From Nitrospira sp. (lineage in GTDB: Bacteria; Nitrospirota; Nitrospiria; Nitrospirales; Nitrospiraceae), in the NCBI GenBank assembly GCA_047150005.1, contig AP038806.1, forward strand, positions 3,712,001 to 3,776,000: 64,000 nucleotides of DNA, in the 5' to 3' direction. The position numbers were made by a program, and so were the translations under genes. This document shows, in pieces, positions 45,427 through 54,576 of this stretch (position 1 is the stretch's first letter; the number at the start of each line of letters is the position of its first letter). The notes beneath the pieces are model-generated. The model did not search any database. It was not told the DNA's origin and worked only from the letters and a program-made list of their open reading frames with translations.

Positions 45427-46602
45427 TTAATGCATCATCGCCCGCATGGTCGGTTTCTGAAAATGATTCGGCAGCGGCATGATGCAATTGGGATTGAACC
45501 CCGCTGACTTCAAGGTATCGATACTGCCCACCACCTGGTCGTTCTTCAGATCGATCACCGTGATCGACCCGTCGCTCATCCCTTCCAGATTCAGGAAACT
45601 GTTCTGGACGAACAGATAGCGCTCATCCGGAGACAGCACCGTATGATGGGCGCCGCCCGCGGTCGCGATCGGCTTGAGAAACTTCGGCCGGCGCGGATCG
45701 CTGTTGTCGTAGAGATTGACGAATCCCGGCTTGGCCGTGGTCACGTACAGACGGTCCCCCTTTTTGTTGTACATCATCTCCAACGGCATCCCTTGCTCAC
45801 GCGGACCGAAGTCGTCGATCTGATTGAACGAGAAGGTTTTGGTCTTCGGATCCCAGACGCCCGCCCAGAGCGTCCCTTCCAGCATGTTGGTGATATGCAC
45901 GACCGGTGGATTCGCGCTCGGCGCGAACATGATCTCCACGGGGGCGGTCTTCGCCGGAGCCGGTTTCGAGGTGACCCGGTGAGTGGACAAGACGTTGCCG
46001 GTGCTGGCCTCGATGACCGTCACCGTGTCGCCCGCCTCCGACAGATCCGGTTTGACGGTGCTGGTGATCAGAATGCGATCGATGCCGTTGTGAATGGCGA
46101 TCCCGTGGGGATAAAGGATATACGCATCCGCCGGCTGGGCCGCGCTGATCGTCTTGATCGGCTGGTCTTTCACGGCATCCCCCATGATCACGTTACTCGA
46201 GCCCATGCAGGTGAGAAACCACTTCTTGTTGTCTTCCGACACCACAAGGTCTTCCCCCATCTGGCAGTCGGGCACGGCGATCGCCCGCAGCTGGTAGGGA
46301 AACTTGGTGAGGTCGACGACGTGCAGGATGCTCTTCCCCAAGGCCGTGATATAGGCTTTGCTCTTATCGCGGTTGAAGAAAATGTGATGGGCCACGAGAT
46401 CGGACGGAAGCGGAATCTCCATGAGGATCTTCCCGAAGTCCAACGATTCGGGATCGATGTCCATGATCGCAATGCCTTCCCGCCGCACAGGCTGGTCCGG
46501 CTTGCTCTCGTAGTTCAAGAGGGCATACTGCTCGGCCGAGGCGAGGGACGCGCCGGTGAGAACCAGCCCAAGAGCCGCCGACAAGAATCTTGATCGTACC
46601 AT
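45427..46602 (-). CDS. Exported YncE/YVTN-like beta-propeller, copy 2
   Basis: Close paralogue of 39691..40860 with long identical peptide blocks. AAGGAGG RBS, ATG at 46602. Confidence 0.8.
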   Translation of the reverse strand: MVRSRFLSAALGLVLTGASLASAEQYALLNYESKPDQPVRREGIAIMDIDPESLDFGKILMEIPLPSDLVAHHIFFNRDKSKAYITALGKSILHVVDLTKFPYQLRAIAVPDCQMGEDLVVSEDNKKWFLTCMGSSNVIMGDAVKDQPIKTISAAQPADAYILYPHGIAIHNGIDRILITSTVKPDLSEAGDTVTVIEASTGNVLSTHRVTSKPAPAKTAPVEIMFAPSANPPVVHITNMLEGTLWAGVWDPKTKTFSFNQIDDFGPREQGMPLEMMYNKKGDRLYVTTAKPGFVNLYDNSDPRRPKFLKPIATAGGAHHTVLSPDERYLFVQNSFLNLEGMSDGSITVIDLKNDQVVGSIDTLKSAGFNPNCIMPLPNHFQKPTMRAMMH

Positions 46603-47065
46603 GACAACCCTCCTTCTGATGGCGGATCGAGCGTCAACTCGCTCCGCATGGGTGATGTACCACCGCTGCGATACCATGCCGCGGACTATAGAGATTCACA
46701 TCGCGGGAGTCTTATCCGAGCGTCTGGATCTCTTGACACGGTTGTCAGCCGGCAGCAGTCGATTTGCCTGGGAGTCCGGGGGACTTAGCAGCGGGGCTAT
46801 GGGAAGAGGAGCGAGAAGTACGCGGATCCTCGCCCCTTCGGTCATGAGCGTGAAGCGCACTGGCATCCCTCTGTGGAGAGACGAGCATAGGCCGCTCGGC
46901 CTTCGAAGTACTTCCGAGTCGAACTCAGCACTCAGGACCCAGTATTGAGCACTCAGGACTGTTGTTTCCGCCAGCCCCATCTTTGGAATGATTGCATTTG
47001 TACCGTGAACTGGATCAGGCTCTCACCCGCCGGTCTATTCGCGAGTTCGCTTGGAGAAATTTCCT

Positions 47066-48046
47066 ATGCCGCGCAACGATCAACTCATCCGCCAATGGCA
47101 ACTGCTCAGGCTGCTGGAATCACCGCGCGGCGTCACCCTCGACGACATCGCGCAACGATTGCCTCCGGACTATCCGAGGCACATCCGGACGATCAGACGT
47201 GATCTGGAAGCGCTGGAGGCAGGAGGCTTCCCTCTGGTCAATGAACGGGTGGAGGGCCGTGTCCGCTGGCGACTGATGGACGGCGTGCGCCAGGCACCGG
47301 CCCTGTCCTTTTCGCCGACGGAGCTCATGGCGCTGGTGATCAGCCGCTCGCTGCTGAGACCGCTAGCCGGAACCGAGATTCAGGCGGCGGTGGAGTCGGC
47401 CATGGCCAAGGCCTCCAGGCTGCTGCCGGCCGGATCGCTCGACTATGTCCAGCAGATCCAGAACGTCTTCGCCGTCGGTCTCGGCCCGCACAAGACCTAC
47501 AAGCACCATCGTGAGACCATCGACCGCCTCACGCAAGCCATCTCGAAGACGCGCACCGTGCAGATGCGCTATTACTCGGCCTCCAGGCTCCGCATGACAC
47601 GCCGCGAGATCGACCCCTACCGGCTCTGGTACGCATCAGGCGGGCTGTATCTCGTGGGCTATTGCCACCTGCGCAAGGAGCCCCGCATGTTCGCAGTCGA
47701 GCGGATACATGTCGTCACCTTGACGGACCATCCGTATCAGATGCCGCTCGGATTCGATCTCGAAGCCTTTGTTCAGAGTGCGCTGACCGTGATGCGGGGA
47801 CGGCCGATCGACGTCACGCTGCGATTCGACAAAGCGACGACCGCCTGGGCCAAAGACCGGCTGTGGCACCCGAGCCAACATCTCACGCCGATGAAAAGCG
47901 GCGGAATGACGATGACGCTCACCGTCGCCGACAGCCGGGAACTGGTCGGCTGGGTACTCAGCTTCGGCAGCGGCGTCCGGGTGATCCGACCCCAGTCGCT
48001 CGCCGAAGCGGTCTCCTCCGAGGCGAGGAAAATCCTCCAGTCCTGA
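47066..48046 (+). CDS. WYL-domain transcriptional regulator (wHTH-WYL-WCX; PafB/PafC/DriD-like)
   Basis: RTIRRDLEALE HTH, IDPYRLWY..GLYLVGYCHLRKEPRMFAVERI WYL motif and WVLSFGSGVRVIRP WCX motif. ATG at 47066. Confidence 0.92.
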   Translation: MPRNDQLIRQWQLLRLLESPRGVTLDDIAQRLPPDYPRHIRTIRRDLEALEAGGFPLVNERVEGRVRWRLMDGVRQAPALSFSPTELMALVISRSLLRPLAGTEIQAAVESAMAKASRLLPAGSLDYVQQIQNVFAVGLGPHKTYKHHRETIDRLTQAISKTRTVQMRYYSASRLRMTRREIDPYRLWYASGGLYLVGYCHLRKEPRMFAVERIHVVTLTDHPYQMPLGFDLEAFVQSALTVMRGRPIDVTLRFDKATTAWAKDRLWHPSQHLTPMKSGGMTMTLTVADSRELVGWVLSFGSGVRVIRPQSLAEAVSSEARKILQS

Positions 48047-48123
48047 CTCAGGACTGAGGACTCAGCACTTCCCGCTGTGTTGCCCCCTAACTCAGCACCC
48101 AGCACTCAGGACTCAGCACTTCC
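48047..48123 (+). repeat. CTCAGCA heptamer repeat element, partial copy of the 156-bp element
   Basis: 48061-48123 matches 61533-61595 and 62551-62613, including the TGTGTTGCCCCCTAA spacer. Confidence 0.85.
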
Positions 48124-48127
48124 TGGA

Positions 48128-48160
48128 GTGACCTTCCCTGTCACAGTCCTCCTCTATGCT
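48128..48160 (+). promoter_or_regulatory. Candidate WYL-activated promoter, copy 1
   Basis: Dyad GTGAC-CTTCCCT-GTCAC (48128-48144); TGTCAC-N10-TATGCT. Confidence 0.65.
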
Positions 48161-48196
48161 GGCACCGGTGGGCGACGAGCAAAAGGGGAGGGCAAC

Positions 48197-48628
48197 ATGA
48201 GAAAGATGATCTGTCTGTTCGCAGCGATCTTCATGACCGCGGCCATGGCGAGCGCTGAAGATCTTGGGTTGTTCAGTGCCAACCCCTACGACATTGAGTC
48301 CAGCAGCAACGCATTCGGCAAAGGCAGTCCCTTTTCTCAGAACAGCATCAATAATCCGTTCGGGCCCTACGGCAGCCCGTTCAGCAACTGGTCGGCAACA
48401 AATCCCTTCGCCACCGACGCGCCCAGGCTCTATGACCAGGAAGGGAACTACCGCGGGAAGCTGAGCGCGAATCCCTATGAGGCCGATTCGACCAGCAACC
48501 CGTTCGGTCGCTACGGATCGCCGCTTTCACCGGATTCAATCAATAATCAGCTCGGCGCCGGCAGCCCGTATCGCTACGACTCGCCGAACAATCCGTACGG
48601 AAAAGGGTCGCGACTAGAAGGAAAGTAG
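48197..48628 (+). CDS. Secreted Asn/Pro/Ser-rich protein with NP[FY] repeats
   Basis: GGGGAGG RBS, signal peptide, and internally duplicated SANPY..S.SN.FG..GSP.S..SINN units. Confidence 0.8.
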   Translation: MRKMICLFAAIFMTAAMASAEDLGLFSANPYDIESSSNAFGKGSPFSQNSINNPFGPYGSPFSNWSATNPFATDAPRLYDQEGNYRGKLSANPYEADSTSNPFGRYGSPLSPDSINNQLGAGSPYRYDSPNNPYGKGSRLEGK

Positions 48629-48888
48629 CGTGTCCCCCTGGTCCTGTACTGGACACTTTACTAGTGGGCCGTCCCTACGATTCGCATGCTAAGCAGGGCA
48701 CAAAAGCGCCACAAAACTTCCCCGTTGTTCGTCGCTTCCCGGTCCAGCTTTGTCAGCGGACGCCGACACCGTCTGTAGATTTCCGCGGAATGTCTCAGCT
48801 TCCGATTGACTTGCCTCTCCGGGAGTCCGGACTGGTCTGCCCTTTGCTTGAGTAACATGGCATCACGCACTCAGGAGGCTGGGTCGCA

Positions 48889-50154
48889 ATGGACAATGAC
48901 AGCAGAGGCTGGCGGCTGATCCACACTCGGAATTTTGGATTGCTCTGGTGGGGGCAAGTCACATCTCAAATCGGCGAAGGCCTCAACAAAGTGGCGTTGC
49001 TGTGGTTCGTCTATGAGCTCACCGGCTCGGCGATGATGATTGCGACGGTCGGCCTGATCCAGACGGTGCCTCCACTGCTCTTTGGTCCACTCATCGGTGT
49101 CTACCTCGATCGTCTGCGCAAGAAACCCGTCATGGTCTCGGTGGATCTCATTCGCACCGGGTTAACCTTTTTGATCCCGGCTCTCTACGCGCTCGGTCAT
49201 CTGAGCCTTGAAGGACTCTTTGTCTTGATCTTTCTCCAGTCGATGGTCTCCACCGTATTTGGACCTGCGCTTGTTTCGGCTGTGCCGTTGCTGGTCCGGC
49301 GAACCGAACTCGTCTCTGCTAACGCCCTCATTCAAGGCACCAATAATATCGGCAGCCTGTTGGGACCGGCCGCCAGCGGCATTCTCATTGCCCTGATCGG
49401 CGCGCAACACGTCCTCTACGTGAATGCGGCCACGTTTTTGATCTCGGCGCTCTGCCTGACGCCGATCAGGAGCCACGAGACCATCGCTGCGAATTCCAGA
49501 GGAGCGGCGCAGCCGGGATCGTTGCTGAGTGAGCTGTCCGTCGGCTTCCGCTTCGTCTTCGGCAGTCGCTCGACTGTGTTTTTGCTGGTCGTCATCACAG
49601 CCCTCTTCAATCTGGGCGCGAGCGCCTTTGTTTTCGTCCTGCCGGTGTACGCCAAGGAACTGCTGCAGGTGGGACCGGTGCAGCTCGGGTGGCTCTGGTC
49701 GGCGCTCGGCGCCGGCATGCTGGCCGCGTCGTCCTGGCTGGCGTTCAGCCGGAAGAACGATGTGCGCAGCCGCATGCAGATCCTCGTGAGCGGGACGACG
49801 GTGGGCGGGCTCGCCACATGCACACTGAGCGTCTTGGAGTCTCCGCTGCTCGCGGCCGGCTTTGTGATTCTCGTCGGGGCGGGCGCAGCCGTCCTGAACC
49901 CGGTCGTGTGGGCGCTGCTCCAGGAGGCGACGCCCTCGCACCTGATGGGTCGCGTGTTGACCACCTTCAGCACGGGGTCGATGGCGGCCGCGATGGTGGG
50001 TATGTCGGGATTCGGCTGGATCGCCGATGCGATCGGACCAGCGCAGAGTCTGGTCGGTCTGGGTCTCGTGCTCTTGTTGACAGCCTACGTGGCCGCACAT
50101 GTCTCTCCCCGCACCCAAGCCACAAATCTGCAGCCGGTGGCCAGGATGCCCTAG
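48889..50154 (+). CDS. MFS transporter (MFS_3/H+ antiporter-like), paralogue 1
   Basis: RNFGLLWWGQVTSQIG and GVYLDRLRKK motifs; about 12 TM helices. Confidence 0.88.
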   Translation: MDNDSRGWRLIHTRNFGLLWWGQVTSQIGEGLNKVALLWFVYELTGSAMMIATVGLIQTVPPLLFGPLIGVYLDRLRKKPVMVSVDLIRTGLTFLIPALYALGHLSLEGLFVLIFLQSMVSTVFGPALVSAVPLLVRRTELVSANALIQGTNNIGSLLGPAASGILIALIGAQHVLYVNAATFLISALCLTPIRSHETIAANSRGAAQPGSLLSELSVGFRFVFGSRSTVFLLVVITALFNLGASAFVFVLPVYAKELLQVGPVQLGWLWSALGAGMLAASSWLAFSRKNDVRSRMQILVSGTTVGGLATCTLSVLESPLLAAGFVILVGAGAAVLNPVVWALLQEATPSHLMGRVLTTFSTGSMAAAMVGMSGFGWIADAIGPAQSLVGLGLVLLLTAYVAAHVSPRTQATNLQPVARMP

Positions 50155-50262
50155 CAGGAACGCGACCTTCCCACCTCGGCACCTCCGTTTATATCAATCT
50201 CCATCCAGTCTCCCCATGCAACGCATCTGTCTTTCACCGACTAAAACCGCTATGGTCACTCT

Positions 50263-51543
50263 ATGTTCGTACACAGGCGCTGGCTATTGACCCGTGACTT
50301 CGCCCTCATCTGGTGGAGTCAGGTGTTGTCGCAGGTGGCCGATGGGGTCAGCCGGCTCGCCCTTCTCTGGTTCGTGTATTCCGTGACAGGATCCGCCCTC
50401 AAAACCAGCGTCATCGGTCTCCTCCAAACGCTCTCGCCCATCCTCTTAGGGCCGCTCATTGGGGTGACGGTCGACCGCCTCCCCAAGAAGGCCATTCTGA
50501 TCGTGACCGACATGGCCCGCGGCATCCTGATCGGGTTGGTTCCCTGTGTGCTCTCGATCGATGTCTTTACGGTCGACATGCTGTACGTCCTGGTGTTCCT
50601 CTATGGCATCGCGACGGCGATGTTCGTGCCGACGCTCTCGTCTTCCGTTCCCTTTCTGGTCGATAGGTCTCGGTATGTCGCCGCCAATGCCATGCTCCAG
50701 AGCACCACCAGCATCGGCATCATCATCGGACCGGCGCTTAGTGGGCTGGGCATTGCGTTTGCCGGCTCGCAGGAAGTGCTGTGCGCGAACGCGGCGATCT
50801 ATTTTGCCTCGGCGCTCTGTCTCGTGCCGATCACACTGACTTGGACCAAGCCATCGCATCCGGAAGTCGAGGCGGCCGCGGCGACGTTCCAAGACCTGAT
50901 CGAAGGGATCCGGTATTCCTTGTGTTCTCAGCGGACGATTCTCGTGCTGATTCTCCTGGCGTCCATCTACACGTTCGCCGCCGGCGCCTATACGACCCTG
51001 TTTCCGGTCTTTGGCAAGAAGATGCTCGCCCTGGGCCCGGTCGAGGTCGGCTATCTCTGGTCCTGGCTCGGAATCGGGCTGTTTCTCGTCTCGCTGGCGC
51101 TCGTGCCGTTGTCTCAATGGGAGACATACAAGCGAGTCCAAGTCATCGCGGTTTCCTGTGTGCTCGGCGGAGTCGCCCTCTGCGGGCTCGTCTGGACACA
51201 GAGCTTGATGATGGCGACCGTCCTCGTCACCATCATCGGCATGGGATTCGGCACCTGGACCCCGATTGCTTGGGGCATAATCCAAGAATTTGTTCCGGCC
51301 GACATGGTCGGCCGCGTCATGGCGATCTATACGGCGATCGCGACGGCGACGTCGCTGGCCGGCATCTCATTTTTCGGATGGCTGACGGAGCAGGTCAATG
51401 AGCCCACGAGCGTGATCGGGATCGGATTGGTACTGTGTTTGTTAGGTGTCGCAGCCGCGTGGTTCAGCCGCCGGATCGAGGATGGGGGTGGCGCCCCTGA
51501 GCCTGAGACCCTCCGGCGTGACTTCTACACCCAAGCAGGGTAA
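50263..51543 (+). CDS. MFS transporter (MFS_3/H+ antiporter-like), paralogue 2
   Basis: RDFALIWWSQVLSQVA and GVTVDRLPKK motifs; shares LGPV..G.LWS.LG.G with paralogue 1. Confidence 0.88.
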   Translation: MFVHRRWLLTRDFALIWWSQVLSQVADGVSRLALLWFVYSVTGSALKTSVIGLLQTLSPILLGPLIGVTVDRLPKKAILIVTDMARGILIGLVPCVLSIDVFTVDMLYVLVFLYGIATAMFVPTLSSSVPFLVDRSRYVAANAMLQSTTSIGIIIGPALSGLGIAFAGSQEVLCANAAIYFASALCLVPITLTWTKPSHPEVEAAAATFQDLIEGIRYSLCSQRTILVLILLASIYTFAAGAYTTLFPVFGKKMLALGPVEVGYLWSWLGIGLFLVSLALVPLSQWETYKRVQVIAVSCVLGGVALCGLVWTQSLMMATVLVTIIGMGFGTWTPIAWGIIQEFVPADMVGRVMAIYTAIATATSLAGISFFGWLTEQVNEPTSVIGIGLVLCLLGVAAAWFSRRIEDGGGAPEPETLRRDFYTQAG

Positions 51544-51683
51544 GCTTCGAGTTGCAGTTATCGGAAGGTCACAGCTGAAGAAGCCCCATGCTCTTGAGTT
51601 CGCCGGGCAAGGCGTCAGCCAGGGCGAGATTCTCCACCGGACAGGGCAGAGTCAGATCGAGCAGGCGGCATCCGCGCACGACG

Positions 51684-53096
51684 TTATCGCTTTGGCTGGT
51701 AGAAGTGTGTAGCCTGTCCGTGGAACGATTCGGCCGCCTCCATGACCGTCTCGCTCAGGGTCGGGTGCGGATGGATCGAGGCGGCGATATCTTCGGCCAC
51801 TGCGCCCATTTCGACCGCCAGCACGCCTTCGGCGATCAGCTCGCCCGCGCCCACCCCGCAGAGTCCCATCCCGAGAACGCGGCCGGATTCGGTATCGAGC
51901 ACCAGCTTCGTGAGGCCGTCGTTTCGTCCCAAGGTCGTGGCACGGCCGGACGCCGCCCAGGGGAACTTCGTGATCGTCACCGCCTGTCCGGAAGCCTTGG
52001 CCGTCTCTTCCGTGAGCCCGCACCAGGCGATCTCCGGATCGCTGAAGATGACGGCGGGAATCGTCGCATCAAATGAGGCCTGCTGACCGGCGATCACGCG
52101 GGCGGCGACCAGTCCTTCATGTGACGCTTTATGCGCGAGCATCGGCTCGCCGATGACATCGCCGATCGCGAAAATCGTCGGCTCGGCGGTTCGCAGCTGC
52201 CGATCGACCTGAATGAACCCCTGCGGAGATACGGCAACCTTCGTTTGCTCGAGTCCGAGCTGCTCCGTATTGGGACGTCGTCCGACGGCGACGAGGATTC
52301 GATCAAAGACCTCGGTGCTACTACCCTCCGGACCGGTGCAGGTCGCGGCGATACCGTCTTTGCGTGGATCGAATCTCTCGACTTTCGTATCGAGCCTGAT
52401 CGCTTTAAATCGCCGCTGCATGCGCAGATGCAGGGGCCGGACCAGATCAAGGTCGGCGCCGTTGAGGAGCCGCGGCAGCGCTTCCACGAGCGTGACCTCG
52501 GTGCCTAACGCTTGATACACGGTTCCCAACTCCAGGCCGATGTAGCCTCCGCCGACGACCAGCAGGCGCCCGGGAATGTCCGGCAGGTCCAGCGCTCCCG
52601 TCGAATCCATCACGCGCGGGTCGTCGAGCGTGAGAGAAGCTGGAATCGCCGGGCGCGAACCGGTCGCAAGAATCGCATGCGCAAACGACAGTTCCCGCCG
52701 TTGGTCGGAGCCGGTCAAGATCAAGGTCGTCGCGTTCTTGAACGTCGCCCTGGCCTGAATCACGTCCACCTTGCGGCTGGTCGCGAGGGTCTGCACACCT
52801 TTGGTCAGTTTGCTGATGATCGCCTGTTTCCGGCGGCGCAAGGCGTCGAGCTCGAGGCGAGGCTTCTCGAACTGAATCCCCCAGGCCTGCGCCTCTTCCG
52901 CGTCGGTGATCAGCCGGGCCACATGCAGCAAGGCTTTCGATGGAATGCAGCCGCGCAAGAGACAGACACCGCCAAGATGCGCCTCCTGATCGATCAGGGC
53001 CGTGCGCAATCCGAGATCCGCCGCCTGGAAGGCGGCCGCATAGCCGCCCGGCCCGGCACCGACGACCGCTACGTCATAGTGGTTTGTCTGGTTCAT
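51684..53096 (-). CDS. lpdA: Dihydrolipoamide dehydrogenase (E3)
   Basis: GAGPGGY, GGVCLLRGCIPSK, GGGYIGLE and HPHPTLSE motifs. Confidence 0.96.
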   Translation of the reverse strand: MNQTNHYDVAVVGAGPGGYAAAFQAADLGLRTALIDQEAHLGGVCLLRGCIPSKALLHVARLITDAEEAQAWGIQFEKPRLELDALRRRKQAIISKLTKGVQTLATSRKVDVIQARATFKNATTLILTGSDQRRELSFAHAILATGSRPAIPASLTLDDPRVMDSTGALDLPDIPGRLLVVGGGYIGLELGTVYQALGTEVTLVEALPRLLNGADLDLVRPLHLRMQRRFKAIRLDTKVERFDPRKDGIAATCTGPEGSSTEVFDRILVAVGRRPNTEQLGLEQTKVAVSPQGFIQVDRQLRTAEPTIFAIGDVIGEPMLAHKASHEGLVAARVIAGQQASFDATIPAVIFSDPEIAWCGLTEETAKASGQAVTITKFPWAASGRATTLGRNDGLTKLVLDTESGRVLGMGLCGVGAGELIAEGVLAVEMGAVAEDIAASIHPHPTLSETVMEAAESFHGQATHFYQPKR

Positions 53097-53118
53097 ATGG
53101 TCTCAGATCCAGGAGTAA

Positions 53119-53182
53119 CGTATCTCGTCGTTCGTATCTCGTATCTCGCGGGACTCCAGCGTTTCACGCTTCACGAGATACG
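53119..53182. repeat. Heptamer-built inverted repeat between aceF and lpdA
   Basis: TATCTCG repeats on the left and TTTCACG/CTTCACG/AGATACG on the right; CGTATCTCG pairs with CGAGATACG. Confidence 0.65.
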
Positions 53183-53199
53183 CGCCACGTTCTCTCCCC

Positions 53200-54528
53200 T
53201 TAGAGTCCCAGAAACATCGCTTGGAAATCCTCCAACACCTTCACGATCTCGTTGGTGAAGCGCGCGCCGTCGGCTCCATCGATCAGCCGATGGTCATAGG
53301 CCACGCAGAGCGGGAGCATCATGCGCGGCACGAACTGGCCGTCACGATACACCGGCGATCTCTTGCCCTTGCCGACCCCTAAGATTCCGACCTGCGGCGG
53401 GTTGATAATGGGCATGAACGGGCCCGCGCCGAGCCCGCCCATATTGCTGACGGTGAAGGTGGCGCCGCGCAGCTCTTCGAGTTTCACGGTTCGCGCGCGG
53501 GTGCGTTCGGCGAGATCGGCCAGTTCCAGGGAAATTTGCAGGAGATCCTTCTGATCGACATGATGCACGACCGGCACGATCAGCCCGGCCGGTGTCTCCA
53601 CCGCCACGCCGATATTGTAGTACTCCTTATACACGACCTCGCCGCTGGTCAGATCGAGCGTTGCATTGAACATCGGGTAGAGCTTGAGCGCGTGCGTCAC
53701 GGCCTTGAGGAACAGGCTGGTCAGCGTGAGCGTGGCACCCTTCCGTTTGAATTGCGGCGCATAGCGCTTGTGCAGAGTCTGCAGGTCGGTAATGTCGGCC
53801 TCCTGGAACTGATGGACGTGCGGAATCGTCGTCCAGGCCTGCGTCACGTTCGCGGCGATTTTTCTCCGCAGTGACGGGATCGCTTCGCGGCGCTCATTGC
53901 CGTACATTGTGGTGAAGACATTGCCGCCCGCGTCGCGGCCTTCCTTGCCCGACGGCGCGCCGCTTCGCCGCGTCCGTTCGCGCACGTAGGTTTTCACGTC
54001 CTCGGCCGTGATCCGCCCGCCGGCTTCCGACCCTTTCAGCTGCGCGAGGTCCACGCCCAGCTCGCGTGCCAGCCGGCGGACGGAGGGAGGCGCCGCGATC
54101 GCGGCGCCGGGCGATGTCGGGCGATCGGCCTCGTGATCGGCATGCGCCGCTTCAGTCGACGGTCGTTCCTCCATCTTCTTAGGAGACTTGGATGTCGGAG
54201 ATGAGGGAGCAGGGGATGGCGCAGCCTGTTGCGTCTCCCGTGGCTCGGCGGAGGTCGCGCGCGCCGCATCCTTCGCCGGTTGGGGTTGGGGATCAATTTC
54301 CCCTTCCAGTTCGACGAGCGCTTGCCCGACTTTCAGGTGATCGCCCGGACGCACGAGCAGGCGGGCGACTTTCCCGGCGGCCGGCGCCGGCACCGGAACA
54401 GTCGCCTTCTCGGTTTCCAGTTCGATCAGCGATTGTCCCTCGGTCACCTGATCGCCTTCCTTGACCAGCACCTGGACGATGTCGCCGCCTTCGATGCCTT
54501 CCGCAAGAAATGGCAGCTCAACTTTCAT
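53200..54528 (-). CDS. aceF: Dihydrolipoamide acetyltransferase (E2), single lipoyl domain
   Basis: ELETEKAT lipoyl-Lys, PSVRRLARELGVDL E3-binding domain and YDHRLIDGADGARF catalytic motif. Confidence 0.93.
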   Translation of the reverse strand: MKVELPFLAEGIEGGDIVQVLVKEGDQVTEGQSLIELETEKATVPVPAPAAGKVARLLVRPGDHLKVGQALVELEGEIDPQPQPAKDAARATSAEPRETQQAAPSPAPSSPTSKSPKKMEERPSTEAAHADHEADRPTSPGAAIAAPPSVRRLARELGVDLAQLKGSEAGGRITAEDVKTYVRERTRRSGAPSGKEGRDAGGNVFTTMYGNERREAIPSLRRKIAANVTQAWTTIPHVHQFQEADITDLQTLHKRYAPQFKRKGATLTLTSLFLKAVTHALKLYPMFNATLDLTSGEVVYKEYYNIGVAVETPAGLIVPVVHHVDQKDLLQISLELADLAERTRARTVKLEELRGATFTVSNMGGLGAGPFMPIINPPQVGILGVGKGKRSPVYRDGQFVPRMMLPLCVAYDHRLIDGADGARFTNEIVKVLEDFQAMFLGL

Positions 54529-54576
54529 GACAGTGCTCTCAGTCTATGCTTTCCCACTTCTCTCAGCACTCAGAAC

